A stretch of 56,462 bases of DNA from Octopus bimaculoides. Lineage: Eukaryota. A model generated the notes under the pieces. The model did no database searches and was not told the origin of the DNA. It was given only the letters and a program-made list of their open reading frames with translations. The stretch lies in the NCBI RefSeq assembly GCF_001194135.2, contig NC_068986.1, positions 34,394,981-34,451,442 on the forward strand. The letters run 5' to 3'. Shown here one piece after another: positions 1-12,330 of the stretch (position 1 is the first letter of the stretch; each line of letters begins with the position of its first letter). A program made the position numbers and the translations under genes.

Positions 1-297
1 ATATATATAAATTTGTATATATATATGTATATATATATATTTGTATATATAGCTAATATATATATATATTTGTGTATACATATATATCTATATTTGTGTA
101 TATATATATATATATATATATTTGTATGTATATATTTATATATATATGTGTATGTATATAATTGTATATATATATATATATATATGTTTGTATGTATATT
201 TTTATATATACATTTGTATGTGTTTATATATATGTATATGTGTATATATATAAATATATATGTATATATATATATGTTTGTATGTGTGTATGTATGT

Positions 298-334
<37 letters not shown>

Positions 335-344
335 NNNNNNNNNN

Positions 345-400
<56 letters not shown>

Positions 401-628
401 CATATATACACTTATGGATACGCGCTCACACACACACATTCGAATGTGTGTTGTATTGTAACAAAATTATGAAGAGTATGAATATATTTCACATGCGACA
501 AATATTTCGTAAGTCAGTACCTTGTGTAAATGGGACTGATAAATTTTTCCTGAATTTATCTCTAGTCAGAGTTTTTGCCTATATGTATGCAAGTGCATGT
601 GTCCAAACTCATGCGCAATACTTGTTTG

Positions 629-664
<36 letters not shown>

Positions 665-780
665 TATAGCCATGCGTCTAGTAATGCATATCAGATGCAC
701 GTATGTAATATATATATATATATACACGTAAATTTTATCTATATGCGTACTACGTACGCGAAGATATGTATGTATATATA
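1..780. repeat. Compound (AT)n/(GT)n/(ATAC)n microsatellite-rich tract
   Basis: Directly visible dinucleotide runs; source of the YI/VC-repeat ORFs. Confidence 0.95.
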
Positions 781-895
781 TCGGTTCCTGGTTCATCTCC
801 AATGCGTCGCTCTTTGGGCATGTCTTCTACTATAGCCCCAGGCCGACCAAAGCCTTGTGAGTAAATTTGGTAGACGGAAACTGAAAGAAGCCCGT
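781..895 (+). mobile_element. SINE family A 5' half (B-box + CORE-like domain), runs into gap
   Basis: CTTCTACTATAGCCCCAGGCCGACCAAAGCCTTGTGAGTAAATTTGGTAGACGGAAACTGAAAGAAGCCCGT matches the copies at 8276, 23864 and 39265. Confidence 0.9.
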
Positions 896-1477
896 NNNNN
901 NNNNNNNNNNNNNNNNNNNNNNNNNNNNNNNNNNNNNNNNNNNNNNNNNNNNNNNNNNNNNNNNNNNNNNNNNNNNNNNNNNNNNNNNNNNNNNNNNNNN
1001 NNNNNNNNNNNNNNNNNNNNNNNNNNNNNNNNNNNNNNNNNNNNNNNNNNNNNNNNNNNNNNNNNNNNNNNNNNNNNNNNNNNNNNNNNNNNNNNNNNNN
1101 NNNNNNNNNNNNNNNNNNNNNNNNNNNNNNNNNNNNNNNNNNNNNNNNNNNNNNNNNNNNNNNNNNNNNNNNNNNNNNNNNNNNNNNNNNNNNNNNNNNN
1201 NNNNNNNNNNNNNNNNNNNNNNNNNNNNNATCATCATAATCATCGTCTACGTCATTTATTCTATATAATAGTGTCTCACGCACTTACACCTCTTTAGTTC
1301 TCTCAATTGTTTTAAGATAAAAGGTTTTTGGAATTAAAGCGAAAATCAAAAATTCTGATAAATCTCTTACTATTAACTTTTTGTGAAATTGTTCAATTGG
1401 TTAATTTCCGTTTTAGGTAAATTTCTTGCATATCTGATTCTAAAACTACAAACAAGTTACTTGAACGAAGCGACATC

Positions 1478-1541
<64 letters not shown>

Positions 1542-1565
1542 CCACCACCAACATCATCATCATCA
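1478..1565. repeat. (ATT)n/(ACC)n/(ATC)n trinucleotide microsatellite
   Basis: Visible. Confidence 0.95.
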
Positions 1566-1980
1566 TTTCTTAGTCAAACGGAGTTCTTTAGTAGAGGAAA
1601 ATACATGACTCAGTCAAATTTATAAGAAAGATTTTATGATTCACCTTTAGTTTTCCTTTCACGTATTTTGTTGGTCGAGTGGACGCATGATCAATGGTAT
1701 TCCAAATGTGACCATTCCGACTTATTTTTTTTTAAATCCAGGTTTTTTTTAAAACGTTTTCGGTGTGGATTAGCTTCTATTTATAGCCAGTCAAATAACC
1801 GCCAGGATTATGGTTAGAACTCTAAGAGATAAATTTTGCTTATATATTTTGTCTTGTTCATATTTATGATGATGATCATCGTGTAACTGAGTACAAGGCT
1901 AATTAATATTAGCTCTTTGATTAACCAAGTGTATATAACGTATTATACGCGTGTATGTATTTATTAATGTTTATATACAC

Positions 1981-2056
<76 letters not shown>

Positions 2057-2320
2057 ATATATATAAATTGTGTGTCTATAACGTATGTAATTTGCAAGTC
2101 AGTTATTTTAATCACTTTGGGACGAAGTTTTTATTATATTTTTAACATAATAATAATAACCAGCTGATAATGTTTATGCAAAGGATGTAACACTACCTTG
2201 AACATGTCTGAGACTCGCTAATTTTGATAACAATAACCGTTTCTTAATATCGGTGTTAATAATATTGACTACCAATGTATCTACATATCTGTTTACACAC
2301 ACGCAGACCCATCCACAAAT

Positions 2321-2365
<45 letters not shown>

Positions 2366-2444
2366 ATATATATATATACATATATATATATGTATAACTG
2401 TAAAGTTGTAATGTATATATATATACACACACACAGAGGGGGTG

Positions 2445-3030
2445 TTAAGAACGAAGTTAATCACACTATGATGGATCTTATGATCAAAGGCTTCTAATCT
2501 ATGACCTGTCTGACTCGTTTTGAAAGGCATCGTGTACCTTAGGGAACACTGCAGTATATGACCAGTTTTAAGGCGGTTTAGCTGTTATTTCTTGCAGTTT
2601 GAGCGACTGCGTTGGAGCCCCTCATTTGGAAGAGGATATGACTTCAAATGTATTTTTACATAATGTAATTTAATGGTAATGGTACGCGGCTCGCATTGGA
2701 GATTATAACAATGCTGGTCAGAAGATGGTGGTGGTGCTGCTGCTGCTGGTGTTGTTCACCACGATTGTTAGTTTTGTTATATAAGTTCTAGGTCAAGTTA
2801 GCTGTGGTCATACAGACCTATAATTAAAGCAGTACTCACACACGCACACAAAAAGCATTCTACCCGTGACCATCTCGACTTCTTATTTTCCAGTTCCAAC
2901 ATTTTGTATCTAGAGCCACATTTAAAGCAATGCGTTACCTTTTAAGACAGCAAGTGTGCCACCCGCAGGAGACTTAGCTGCTGTTTCTTGCTGGTCGAAT
3001 GACCCTCGCGAGGCTCCCTCGTTCATTCGA
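2445..3030 (-). mobile_element. Two degenerate copies of repeat family D (non-LTR/SINE-like)
   Basis: Share motifs ATGATCAAAGGC, (GC)TATTTCT(A/T)GC and GAGGCTCCCTC with other D copies (9205, 10545, 44645); orientation inferred. Confidence 0.6.
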
Positions 3031-3074
3031 TCACCGTGATGGTGATGGTGGTGGTATCAAGTATTGTTGGTTAC

Positions 3075-3320
3075 CTTTAAACGTTTATCATCGGGAATCA
3101 TGTACAGGGCGATAGGATCGACTTCTAGGCATCTTCACTTTCCTGTCATTATTATTGACAGACGAATGGATAGACATATTGTCACAGGCTAATTTCGAAC
3201 TCCGAACCTCAAAATAATAGTAAGCCTGTTTAACTTCGACTGCTTCAGACCTGACCGAAAAGGGAGACAAGACTTCCGCCCCGCCCTAGCCCCCCCCCCT
3301 TTTACGAAGTCTTTCCAAAA
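3075..3320 (-). promoter_or_regulatory. Candidate CpG-rich promoter and first exon
   Basis: ACTTCCGC (ETS-type) 3272-3279, CCCCGCCC (GC box) 3279-3286, C10 run, TCT-like CCTTTTC on minus at 3263-3257, minus-strand donor AAG|GTAACC at 3075/3074; about 27 CpG in 3001-3480 by hand count. Confidence 0.45.
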
Positions 3321-3533
3321 GGGTTACAGTAGACCGATTATCAGCTGTAATAAAACAACATACTTCGTAGTGAACTTAAGGGACACGAAGCCAGAACTTT
3401 CTGGACGAGCTCCCGAAGGGTATTTGAGACCTCGCAAGGATGAACGGTTAAGTCGACTTCGGCGGGATTTGAACTCAAAATAGTTACAATTGTTTTCTTA
3501 TATTTAGCTCAAGGCCATAAGTTTATTAGGGAT

Positions 3534-3536
<3 letters not shown>

Positions 3537-3615
<79 letters not shown>
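3537..3615. repeat. Perfect (GA)~39 microsatellite
   Basis: Visible. Confidence 0.97.
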
Positions 3616-3617
<2 letters not shown>

Positions 3618-3649
3618 TGTGTGTGTACAGGTAAAGTTGATCGTCTCCG

Positions 3650-3845
3650 GAAGGCGAAGTCGGCTGCACTGGAGTTTGAACTCAAAATTAAAAAAAAGAA
3701 AGAAAGGGTTTCAAATTTTGGCACAGGGCCAGGAATATTAAGGGAATAGACTTGGTCGATTACATCAATCCCAGTACTTGACTGGTACTTACTTATTTTA
3801 TCGATCCCCTCTCCAAACGATGAAAGATAAAGTTTGACCTCGTCG
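3650..3845 (-). mobile_element. SINE family B fragments
   Basis: GTCGATTACATCAATCCCAGTACTTGACTGGTACTT...ATCGATCC...GATGAAAG is the reverse complement of the B central domain. Confidence 0.8.
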
Positions 3846-4831
3846 TGATAATCTTTTACATTTGGCGGGAAATCATAAATTTAGCCGATTAAAGTTGGAG
3901 CGTAATGTATTACTGGTAATCGTTTTTGTTGACCTCCTGGTGGGGGAGGTGTGGAGACATGACAGGAACGTTATCAAAGGACTGTATTGGATATTGATAG
4001 CCCGGTCATGGCTGGAATGACTTTCATCAGATAGCTAGTAAAAAAACAGAGCGAACCTGCGGCTAAACCATAAATAGTAACTGTAACAATAACGAGACAA
4101 ACGATGAAGCCTGTAACATTCGGTCTGTTAGAAAGAGCAGCTGAATCATCCTCAAATTACACTGTCATCTTAGAAAAGGAAGGACACATCATTTATAGAA
4201 TGTTTAGGGCTAAATATGTCTCTTCATGCAGAGCTGGCCTCGGATTAAACAAGGATACGTGTAGGAAATGATTTGGTTTTCCATTTGGAATTGTTTTCCC
4301 TTGTCTCTGGGGACCCTAAGAAAGGCTTGAATGTCACAGCATCTCAATTTACCGGCCTTATGCTTGTAAAGAAAATCAACGTTAGGAGTAGCGCCGACAC
4401 AGTTTCGAATCCCGATGGAAATGAATTCACTTTTCCATCTGCCGTTGTCCTTAAGAAGAAGAATGTCTAAGTGTCACACTTCCCCTTACAAAATAAGGAT
4501 CTTGGTAAATTTTTNNNNNNNNNNNNNNNNNNNNNNNNNNNNNNNNNNNNNNNNNNNNNNNNNNNNNNNNNNNNNNNNNNNNNNNNNNNNNNNNNNNNNN
4601 NNNNNNNNNNNNNNNNNNNNNNNNNNNNNNNNNNNNNNNNNNNNNNNNNNNNNNNNNNNNNNNNNNNNNNNNNNNNNNNNNNNNNNNNNNNNNNNNNNNN
4701 NNNNNNNNNNNNNNNNNNNNNNNNNNNNNNNNNNNNNNNNNNNNNNNNNNNNNNNNNNNNNNNNATTTATGGTTAGGAGTATGGTGGCACAAATGATTAG
4801 AAATACCCAGTCTTTGGTGATTTCGTGGTCT

Positions 4832-5160
4832 TAATAATAATAATCCTTTATACTATAGACCCTGCTAGCCCTGAAATTTTGGAGGTTAGGGCTAGTCGAT
4901 TACATCGGCTCCAGTGCTTGACTGGTAGTTATTTTATCGAACTTGAAGGCAGAGTCGACCTCGAGCAGAATTTGAACTCGGAATGCAAAAGAAAAAAAAA
5001 AAAGGCCATGGGAAACATTTCGTTAAGAATTTTTGTCCGGTGTGCTTAACCGGCCAAGCAGCTCGCTGCCCTGAAGGCCAACGATTCAGTACTTGAATAG
5101 TACTTTATTTTATCGACCTCGGAGGGATGAAAGGCAAAGTTTGACCTCGCCGGAATCAAT
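4832..5160 (-). mobile_element. SINE family B full copy plus adjacent partial copy
   Basis: (TAA)n tail at 4832, GTCGACCTCG..GAATTTGAACTC (B-box reverse complement), head CAGCTCGCTGCC; second central domain at 5080-5160. Confidence 0.85.
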
Positions 5161-5558
5161 TTATTTTCGTTTCCCCTCTGCTTTTTATTTTTGTTAGATT
5201 TCTTTTTTTTTTTCATGGGAAATTTATTTTGTAACATCATTACATAATGTCTATATTACACAATATTGTATTAGATCTATATTATTACTTTATGATGTTC
5301 AGGTGTCGGAAGTCTGTATTGAGGTTGGATTAAGTGCAGTGTAGAGACATCAATACTTTTTAGACACTAAATTATTTAAACTTGAGTGGTTTTTCTCATA
5401 CTTTTTGAGACAGTCTGAATGAAGCGTTATATTTATTAATAAACTGGTATATGTTATTACTATAATGCTTGTGTGTATGTATGTACATGTACACAGCGTA
5501 AAATATTTTATATCTACCCTGTGTTAGTTATATTTTTCTATTAAATACAGTACTGCGT

Positions 5559-5668
5559 ATGCGTGTATATTTGTGTGTGTTCGATTTAATATCTACATCA
5601 ATATTACAATTATATATATATATATATGCACACACACATATATGTATATCTATCTATCTATCTATCTA

Positions 5669-5726
<58 letters not shown>

Positions 5727-5942
5727 TATGTATGTTTATATATGTATATATATATATCTATATATATATGTATGTATATATATGTATATATATATATCTA
5801 TATATATATGTATGTATATATATGTATNNNNNNNNNNGTATATATATGTATATATATATATCTATATATATATGTATGTATATATATGTATATATATATA
5901 TATATATGTATGTATATATATCTATATATATATGTATGTATA

Positions 5943-5973
<31 letters not shown>

Positions 5974-5974
5974 C

Positions 5975-6007
<33 letters not shown>

Positions 6008-6075
6008 GTGTGTGTGTATATACATATGTGTATGTATACACACACATATGTATATATATATATATACACACACAC
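5559..6075. repeat. Compound microsatellite with higher-order ~40-bp AT-rich units
   Basis: (AT)n, (ATCT)n, (GA)n, then recurring TATATATCTATATATATATGTATGTATATATATG. Confidence 0.9.
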
Positions 6076-6418
6076 GTAGCTATACACAAAACAATTTAAG
6101 CCAAGAAATTTGATTACACAATCTAATTGCTTAACCGTGGATCCTTGAATAAATTCATTTTAAGATTTAGTATTTTAATTAAGTTATTAGGAAAAAATTA
6201 TATATATATATTTTTCATGTCACAGAGTTGATTGCAACACCGAAAACAAAAGTAATTTATGTCCTGCGTTTTCTTATTGTTTTCAAATATTACTTTTAAT
6301 TATTTTATTTTAATGAATACATTGAACTATTATTATTAATTAAAGTACTTCTCTCCATTTCAAATTACTTTTTCTTCCTTTTAGTTGTGTATCATTGTTT
6401 CTCTTTCTCTCTCTCTCG

Positions 6419-6480
<62 letters not shown>

Positions 6481-6835
6481 NNNNNNNNNNNNNNNNNNNN
6501 NNNNNNNNNNNNNNNNNNNNNNNNNNNNNNNNNNNNNNNNNNNNNNNNNNNNNNNNNNNNNNNNNNNNNNNNNNNNNNNNNNNNNNNNNNNNNNNNNNNN
6601 NNNNNNNCTCCTCATCAGTTTTCTGTTTTTGGTGGGGTTTTTTTTTTTTTTGAATAATTATTAAAATTTAATATATACCTCCACCTTCGTTTGCTATCGG
6701 TGAAAAACATTTAAATTTCCGCGTGATTTGATTTTTTTTCTGCACCTGAGCATCTATTTCGAATTGTCTGTTAATCTTTATCAATTAACTTTGTCTTATC
6801 TATCTATCTATCTATCTATCTAACTGTGTGAGCGA

Positions 6836-6890
<55 letters not shown>

Positions 6891-7320
6891 TGTGTGTGTG
6901 TGTGTACTCATATCGACGAATCGTTATCAATTTAGCGATATATATTTATCTGCCTTATCCATCAATTTATCTAAACTGTGTTTGTGTCTTTATCTTGTCA
7001 ATGGAATAAATGAGAGCCACTTAATCGCGATTCTCAACACCTTCGTCTCCTTCAGTTCTTCACTTCCACCATACCATTTCTTCTCTTAGGAGGTGAGGCA
7101 TGGATGTTACAACTTCTCCCCGTGCCACACACCTTCGAAGTAAATAAGTTCCCTATGTTGTCAACGAGGCGTCCCCCGCCCCGTTGCCACTCGATGTTTT
7201 TTCTTCCACGACCTGCTTGATTGAAATAGCTGCCAAATCTCCTTTAAACCACATCTTAAGGAACAGCTTATCTCATTGTTAGACAGCGATAAACTGTTTG
7301 AAAAAAACCCAAAAAGGTGT

Positions 7321-7465
7321 CAGCGTGTGGTAAGAAGTTTCCCTTTCAACCACATGGTTCTGGATTCAGTGTCACGGTGTGGCACTTGGGGCAAGTGTCT
7401 TCTATAGCCTCGGACTGACCAAAGCCTTGCAAGTGGATTTAGATGGAAACTGAAAGAAGCCTGCA
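7321..7465 (+). mobile_element. SINE family A 5' half
   Basis: GTGTGGTAAG..AACCACATGGTTC..GGCACTTGGGGCAAGTGTCTTCTATAGCC..GAAACTGAAAGAAGCC. Confidence 0.85.
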
Positions 7466-7929
7466 TGGAGGTGTACTTGTGTTTACCTACCTACCTACCT
7501 TTATATATATATATATATATATATATNNNNNNNNNNNNNNNNNNNNNNNNNNNNNNNNNNNNNNNNNNNNNNNNNNNNNNNNNNNNNNNNNNNNNNNNNN
7601 NNNNNNNNNNNNNNNNNNNNNNNNNNNNNNNNNNNNNNNNNNNNNNNNNNNNNNNNNNNNNNNNNNNNNNNNNNNNNNNNNNNNNGTGGCCTTTATATAT
7701 TTATATTTATATATTTGATCCTTTATATTTAACACTCAATATTTCATCTACATTCAATACTTTCTTTCATGGTGCCATCCATTTTTATTTTATTTTATTT
7801 TATATTATATATTGTATATTATATTATATATTGTATATTCCATATTCTATACCCCACATTGGTTCTGCAGGAATATAAATAAAACAGAAAAAACAGACAG
7901 TGTTGGAACTCTTTTAAACAAAATAAAAA

Positions 7930-7993
<64 letters not shown>

Positions 7994-8275
7994 TCATCAT
8001 CATCAAATCTATAGTTAGATTATTAAAGTTATGGTGCCTGGCACCACTCGCTGTTCGAGTCTCTATTCCTGGATTGAAAATTATTTCCAATTCACCTATG
8101 CTACTTAATGTCGTTAGCAAACACCATGGTTCTTTCGCTTGCTTCCCATTTCCGTCTGATGCTTGTATACCACACACACACATACACACTCGTTTCTGCC
8201 TGTCTGTATGTATGTATGTGTTTGTGTATACGAATATATATGTATGTATACGACACACACACACACATGTATATA

Positions 8276-8692
8276 GGCGCAGGAGTGGCTGTGTGTTAAG
8301 TAGCTTGCTTACCAACCACATGGTTCCGAGTTCATTCTCACTGCGTGGCACCTTGGGCACTTGTCTTCTACTACATCCTCGGGCCGACGAAAGCCTTGTG
8401 AGTGGATTTGGTAGATGGAAACTGAAAGAAGCCCGTCGTATATATATATATGTATGTTTGTGTGTGTATATGTTTGTGTCTGTGTTTGTCCCCCTCAACA
8501 TCGCTTGACAGCCGATGGTTGTGCGTTTACGTCCCCGTAACTTAGCGGTACGGCACAAGAGACAGATAGAATAAGTACTACGCTTCCAAAGAATAACTCC
8601 TGGGGTCGATTTGCTCGACTAAAGGCGGTGCTCCAGCATGGCCGCAGTCAAATGACTGAAACAAGTAAAAATAAAATTTAAAAGAAAAAAGA
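8276..8692 (+). mobile_element. Full-length SINE A1 (tRNA head, CORE-like domain, internal microsatellite, 3' domain, GACTGAAACAAGTAAAA tail)
   Basis: A-box-like TGGCTGTGTGTT, B-box-like GAGTTCATTC, GGCACCTTGGGCAC resembles the MIR/CORE motif GACCTTGGGCAAG; multi-copy in window. Confidence 0.93.
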
Positions 8693-8871
8693 ATATGTAA
8701 TGTGTATACACGTGTGTATGTGTATGTGTATGTGTATGCATGCACGTGTATTTAAATGTATAGTATATACATACAGGTGTGTGAGTGTGTTTTTGCAATA
8801 TTTATTTTAAAAATCCCATCACCAAAATATTAAAAAAAAATGACCACGAATATAAATTATATCACTGCTGT

Positions 8872-9102
8872 CATAATCTTCAAATTTGCACCATAGCCAG
8901 CAATTTTAATTGAGAGGATGTTAATTGATTACATCAGTCTCCAGTATTTGACTGGTACTCTTATTTCATCGACCCGAAAAAAAGTACGCGAAAGGCAGAA
9001 TCGACCTCGGCGGAGTTTGAACTCGGAACGTTAATAAGAGCCAGATGAAATTCTGTCAATCGTTTTGTCCGATGTGCTAACGATTCTGCCAGCTTGCCTC
9101 CT
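8872..9102 (-). mobile_element. SINE family B
   Basis: Reverse-complement central domain and head GCTAACGATTCTGCCAGCTTGCCTCC. Confidence 0.85.
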
Positions 9103-9204
9103 TCGGTGTAATAACCATCGTTATCACTTACTGTTTATCACCGATTTTTTTCTTTTATTGTGCCAAGATAGAGCAGGCGATCACCACATATTAGTTGAAG
9201 TCAC

Positions 9205-9365
9205 TAAGTGGTCAGTTAACCTGGTAGAAATAACAGCCAAATCTCTCTTAAATCGCACATTACCGCATGAGAAACATAAAAACGGACACGTGTATTCCTA
9301 GAAGCCCACTAAAAGGTTAAGACAGAATGGGATAGTCACGGCTGGGAGGGATTAATTCAGATCGA
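9205..9365 (+). mobile_element. Repeat family D copy
   Basis: CTGGTAGAAATAACAGCCAAATCTCTC...GGATAGTCACGGCTGG shared with 7205 and 10545. Confidence 0.65.
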
Positions 9366-9704
9366 TCGAAGAAAGAAGTGACGGCATCAGGACCTAGGGT
9401 TGAAAAAGCATCTCTGCACCTTTTTTATTCATGGTGCATTTATAAATTGGACCGGATGGATGAACACTCGCCTTTGTGATTTCGAATCCTTTCGGTACCT
9501 AATTGCAAAAAATACCTTCATGATAATAATTACACTCGATTCTAGTTTATCGACTTTGCTCCATCTAATTATAGAAATTGGCCTCTGGTAATAAGTAAAC
9601 GTTACAGTTGTATCGTCCCGGGACAACTCTTGTTGGACATCAGTAGTACCTTATTATTATAGAATGAAGCTCATATACTCGTGTGTGTGTGTGTGTGTGT
9701 ATAT

Positions 9705-9788
<84 letters not shown>

Positions 9789-10161
9789 ATGTATATATAT
9801 ACACACATATATATACTCTTAAAGTCAAAACTACCAAGAGTCCCTCGTAGCATGAGGCATTTATGTATAGTAATGCCCTTAAAATAAATAATATATATTT
9901 AAAGGGAATAATTAATTAATAAGCGTTTTCCTTATGAAGTTTTCAACGCTGACTACTTGATAAGTTATTTTAAAGATTTTATCCTACTTTTTTAAATTGT
10001 ATATATATATATATATATATATGGTGGTGCACCAGCATGACCGCAGCCACTTGGCTAAAACACATAAATAAATAAATAAATAAATATATATATATGTATG
10101 TATATGTATATAGATGTGTATATATACATATATATATATGTATGTATATATATGTGTGTAT

Positions 10162-10198
<37 letters not shown>

Positions 10199-10544
10199 TT
10201 CTATTTTTAAAAGACAATAGAGTTTGAAGAGAAAGAGATTTAACTGTTTTGTGGACGACAGAATTTGACAGAGCTGAATCTGTCATTTCGGGTTTCGATT
10301 CTTAAAACAGTTTCAATTGATTTACATCACTGATGTAATCTTTACGAAAAGATGAAAGCTTTCTTATTTATTTGTGTATATCATGTATGTATACGCGCGC
10401 AAATATAAAATTGACCAGGACAGGGATTATGAATTAGAACATTTTTAGGCGTAACCCTTTCTCAGGGAACGAGGTGTGTGTGTGTGTGTGTGTACTCACA
10501 CATACGCGCGCGCATTCGTACAGACATAAACACACACGAGTCAA

Positions 10545-10735
10545 CAATGGACTCTGCTCGACCGGCTAGAAATAACAGCCAAATTTCCCAAATCACATCT
10601 TAAATATGAAAATAGCACATTAGGTAACTTGTAGTTCCTTGTATATCTCTTGAAAATGACGGGATGGTCATTCATGGCTGCATTACTCGATCATGGTTCC
10701 ACTATAGCTGACCAATAACACAAATACACACACAC
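10545..10735 (+). mobile_element. Repeat family D copy
   Basis: GCTAGAAATAACAGCCAAAT...GGGATGGTCATTCATGGCTG. Confidence 0.65.
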
Positions 10736-12298
10736 ACCTATGTCTGTGTGTGTGTGTGTGTGTTTTCGCTTCTTTCTTCACCTCTACCCCATCATCTTCA
10801 TGACATGATTCTTACGCCCACAATCAGCGTCCATACAAACATCAACACCATCGCTGATGCCACCACCATTACCGGACCGTCAAACCAAAAACTTGCATAT
10901 TTATTAGTTAGCAAGTTATCTCTACTTTGGCACTATAGCCTCACACACACACACACACACTGTCTCTCTTTCTCTTCCAAAAAGGAGGAGGGGGGAGAGA
11001 CGGGACCAACTTTATATATTTTATTTTATTTTATTTTATTTTAGTTTTCATTTCTACGGTCGGCCTTTGTTTGCTGAGAATTTTCACATGAGATAACCAC
11101 TGTCTCTCTTCATTTCAATAGAAATGAACTCGCCATACCCCTTATCACCTACATCACCGTCTCCTCTTTTTCCTTCTGTATTATTATCATTATTATTATC
11201 ATCCCTCCTTCCATTCTCCCCCTCTTATTCTCATTCTTTGTCTTGACTTCTCTCGCCTTTCCTACTGTGTTAGTATCCAATTTTTACACTCGGCTGAACT
11301 GGGCAAGACAAATTGATAGCATTCAATTCCAGCCCCTACTTCTTTATTTTCTTCCTTTATTTATCTTCTATCCTTTCTTTATTTTTATTTTTAAAACCTA
11401 TTTTCTATTAATTTATTGTGTGTGTGTGTGTGTGTGTGTGATTTTTAAAACACCACCAAGAGATAGGGGGCGGGTATTTTTTTTTCCAAGTTAGTCTCCA
11501 CAAGTTTAATTAGATGCAAATTTATTCGAAGAATAATTATCATTCTAATGGTCTCCCTATTTTTTAAATCTATTTTTTACTTCCATATATATNNNNNNNN
11601 NNNNNNNNNNNNNNNNNNNNNNNNNNNNNNNNNNNNNNNNNNNNNNNNNNNNNNNNNNNNNNNNNNNNNNNNNNNNNNNNNNNNNNNNNNNNNNNNNNNN
11701 NNNNNNNNNNNNNNNNNNNNNNNNNNNNNNNNNNNNNNNNNNNNNNNNNNNNNNNNNNNNNNNNNNNNNNNNNNNNNNNNNNNNNNNNNNNNNNNNNNNN
11801 NNNNNNNNNNNNNNNNNNNNNNNNNNNNNNNNNNNNNNNNNNNNNNNNNNNNNNNNNNNNNNNNNNNNNNNNNNNNNNNNNNNNNNNNNNNNNNNNNNNN
11901 NNNNNNNNNNNNNNNNNNNNNNNNNNNNNNNNNNNNNNNNNNNNNNNNNNNNNNNNNNNNNNNNNNNNNNNNNNNNNNNNNNNNNNNNNNNNNNNNNNNN
12001 NNNNNNNNNNNNNNNNNNNNNNNNNNNNNNNNNNNNNNNNNNNNNNNNNNNNNNNNNNNNNNNNNNNNNNNNNNNNNNNNNNNNNNNNNNNNNNNNNNNN
12101 NNNNNNNNNNNNNNNNNNNNNNNNNNNNNNNNNNNNNNNNNNNNNNNNNNNNNNNNNNNNNNNNNNNNNNNNNNNNNNNNNNNNNNNNNNNNNNNNNNNN
12201 NNNNNNNNNNNNNNNNNNNNNNNNNNNNNNNATATATATGTGTGTGTGTTTGAACACACAGGCGCATATTGAGAAGTACACAGGTGTGTGTATGTATA

Positions 12299-12330
<32 letters not shown>

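Noticed and set aside
13-669. 218-aa and similar long YI/VC/HT/ER-repeat ORFs throughout (e.g. 5559, 19465, 39990)
   Set aside because: Translations of (AT)n, (GT)n, (CA)n or (GA)n microsatellites, which lack stop codons by construction
4380-4420. B-box-like GTTTCGAATCCC (possible tRNA)
   Set aside because: No A-box at proper spacing and no cloverleaf; SINE heads elsewhere are likewise tRNA-derived, not tRNA genes
9516-9649. Minus-strand open frame TTDVQQELSRDDTTVTFTYYQRPISIIRW.. with AAG|GTATTT donor
   Set aside because: Acceptor lacks a pyrimidine tract and no homology is recognised
10445-10470. Minus-strand CTGAGAAAGGGTTACGCCTAAAA hammerhead-like string
   Set aside because: Both conserved cores (CUGAnGA and GAAA) are broken
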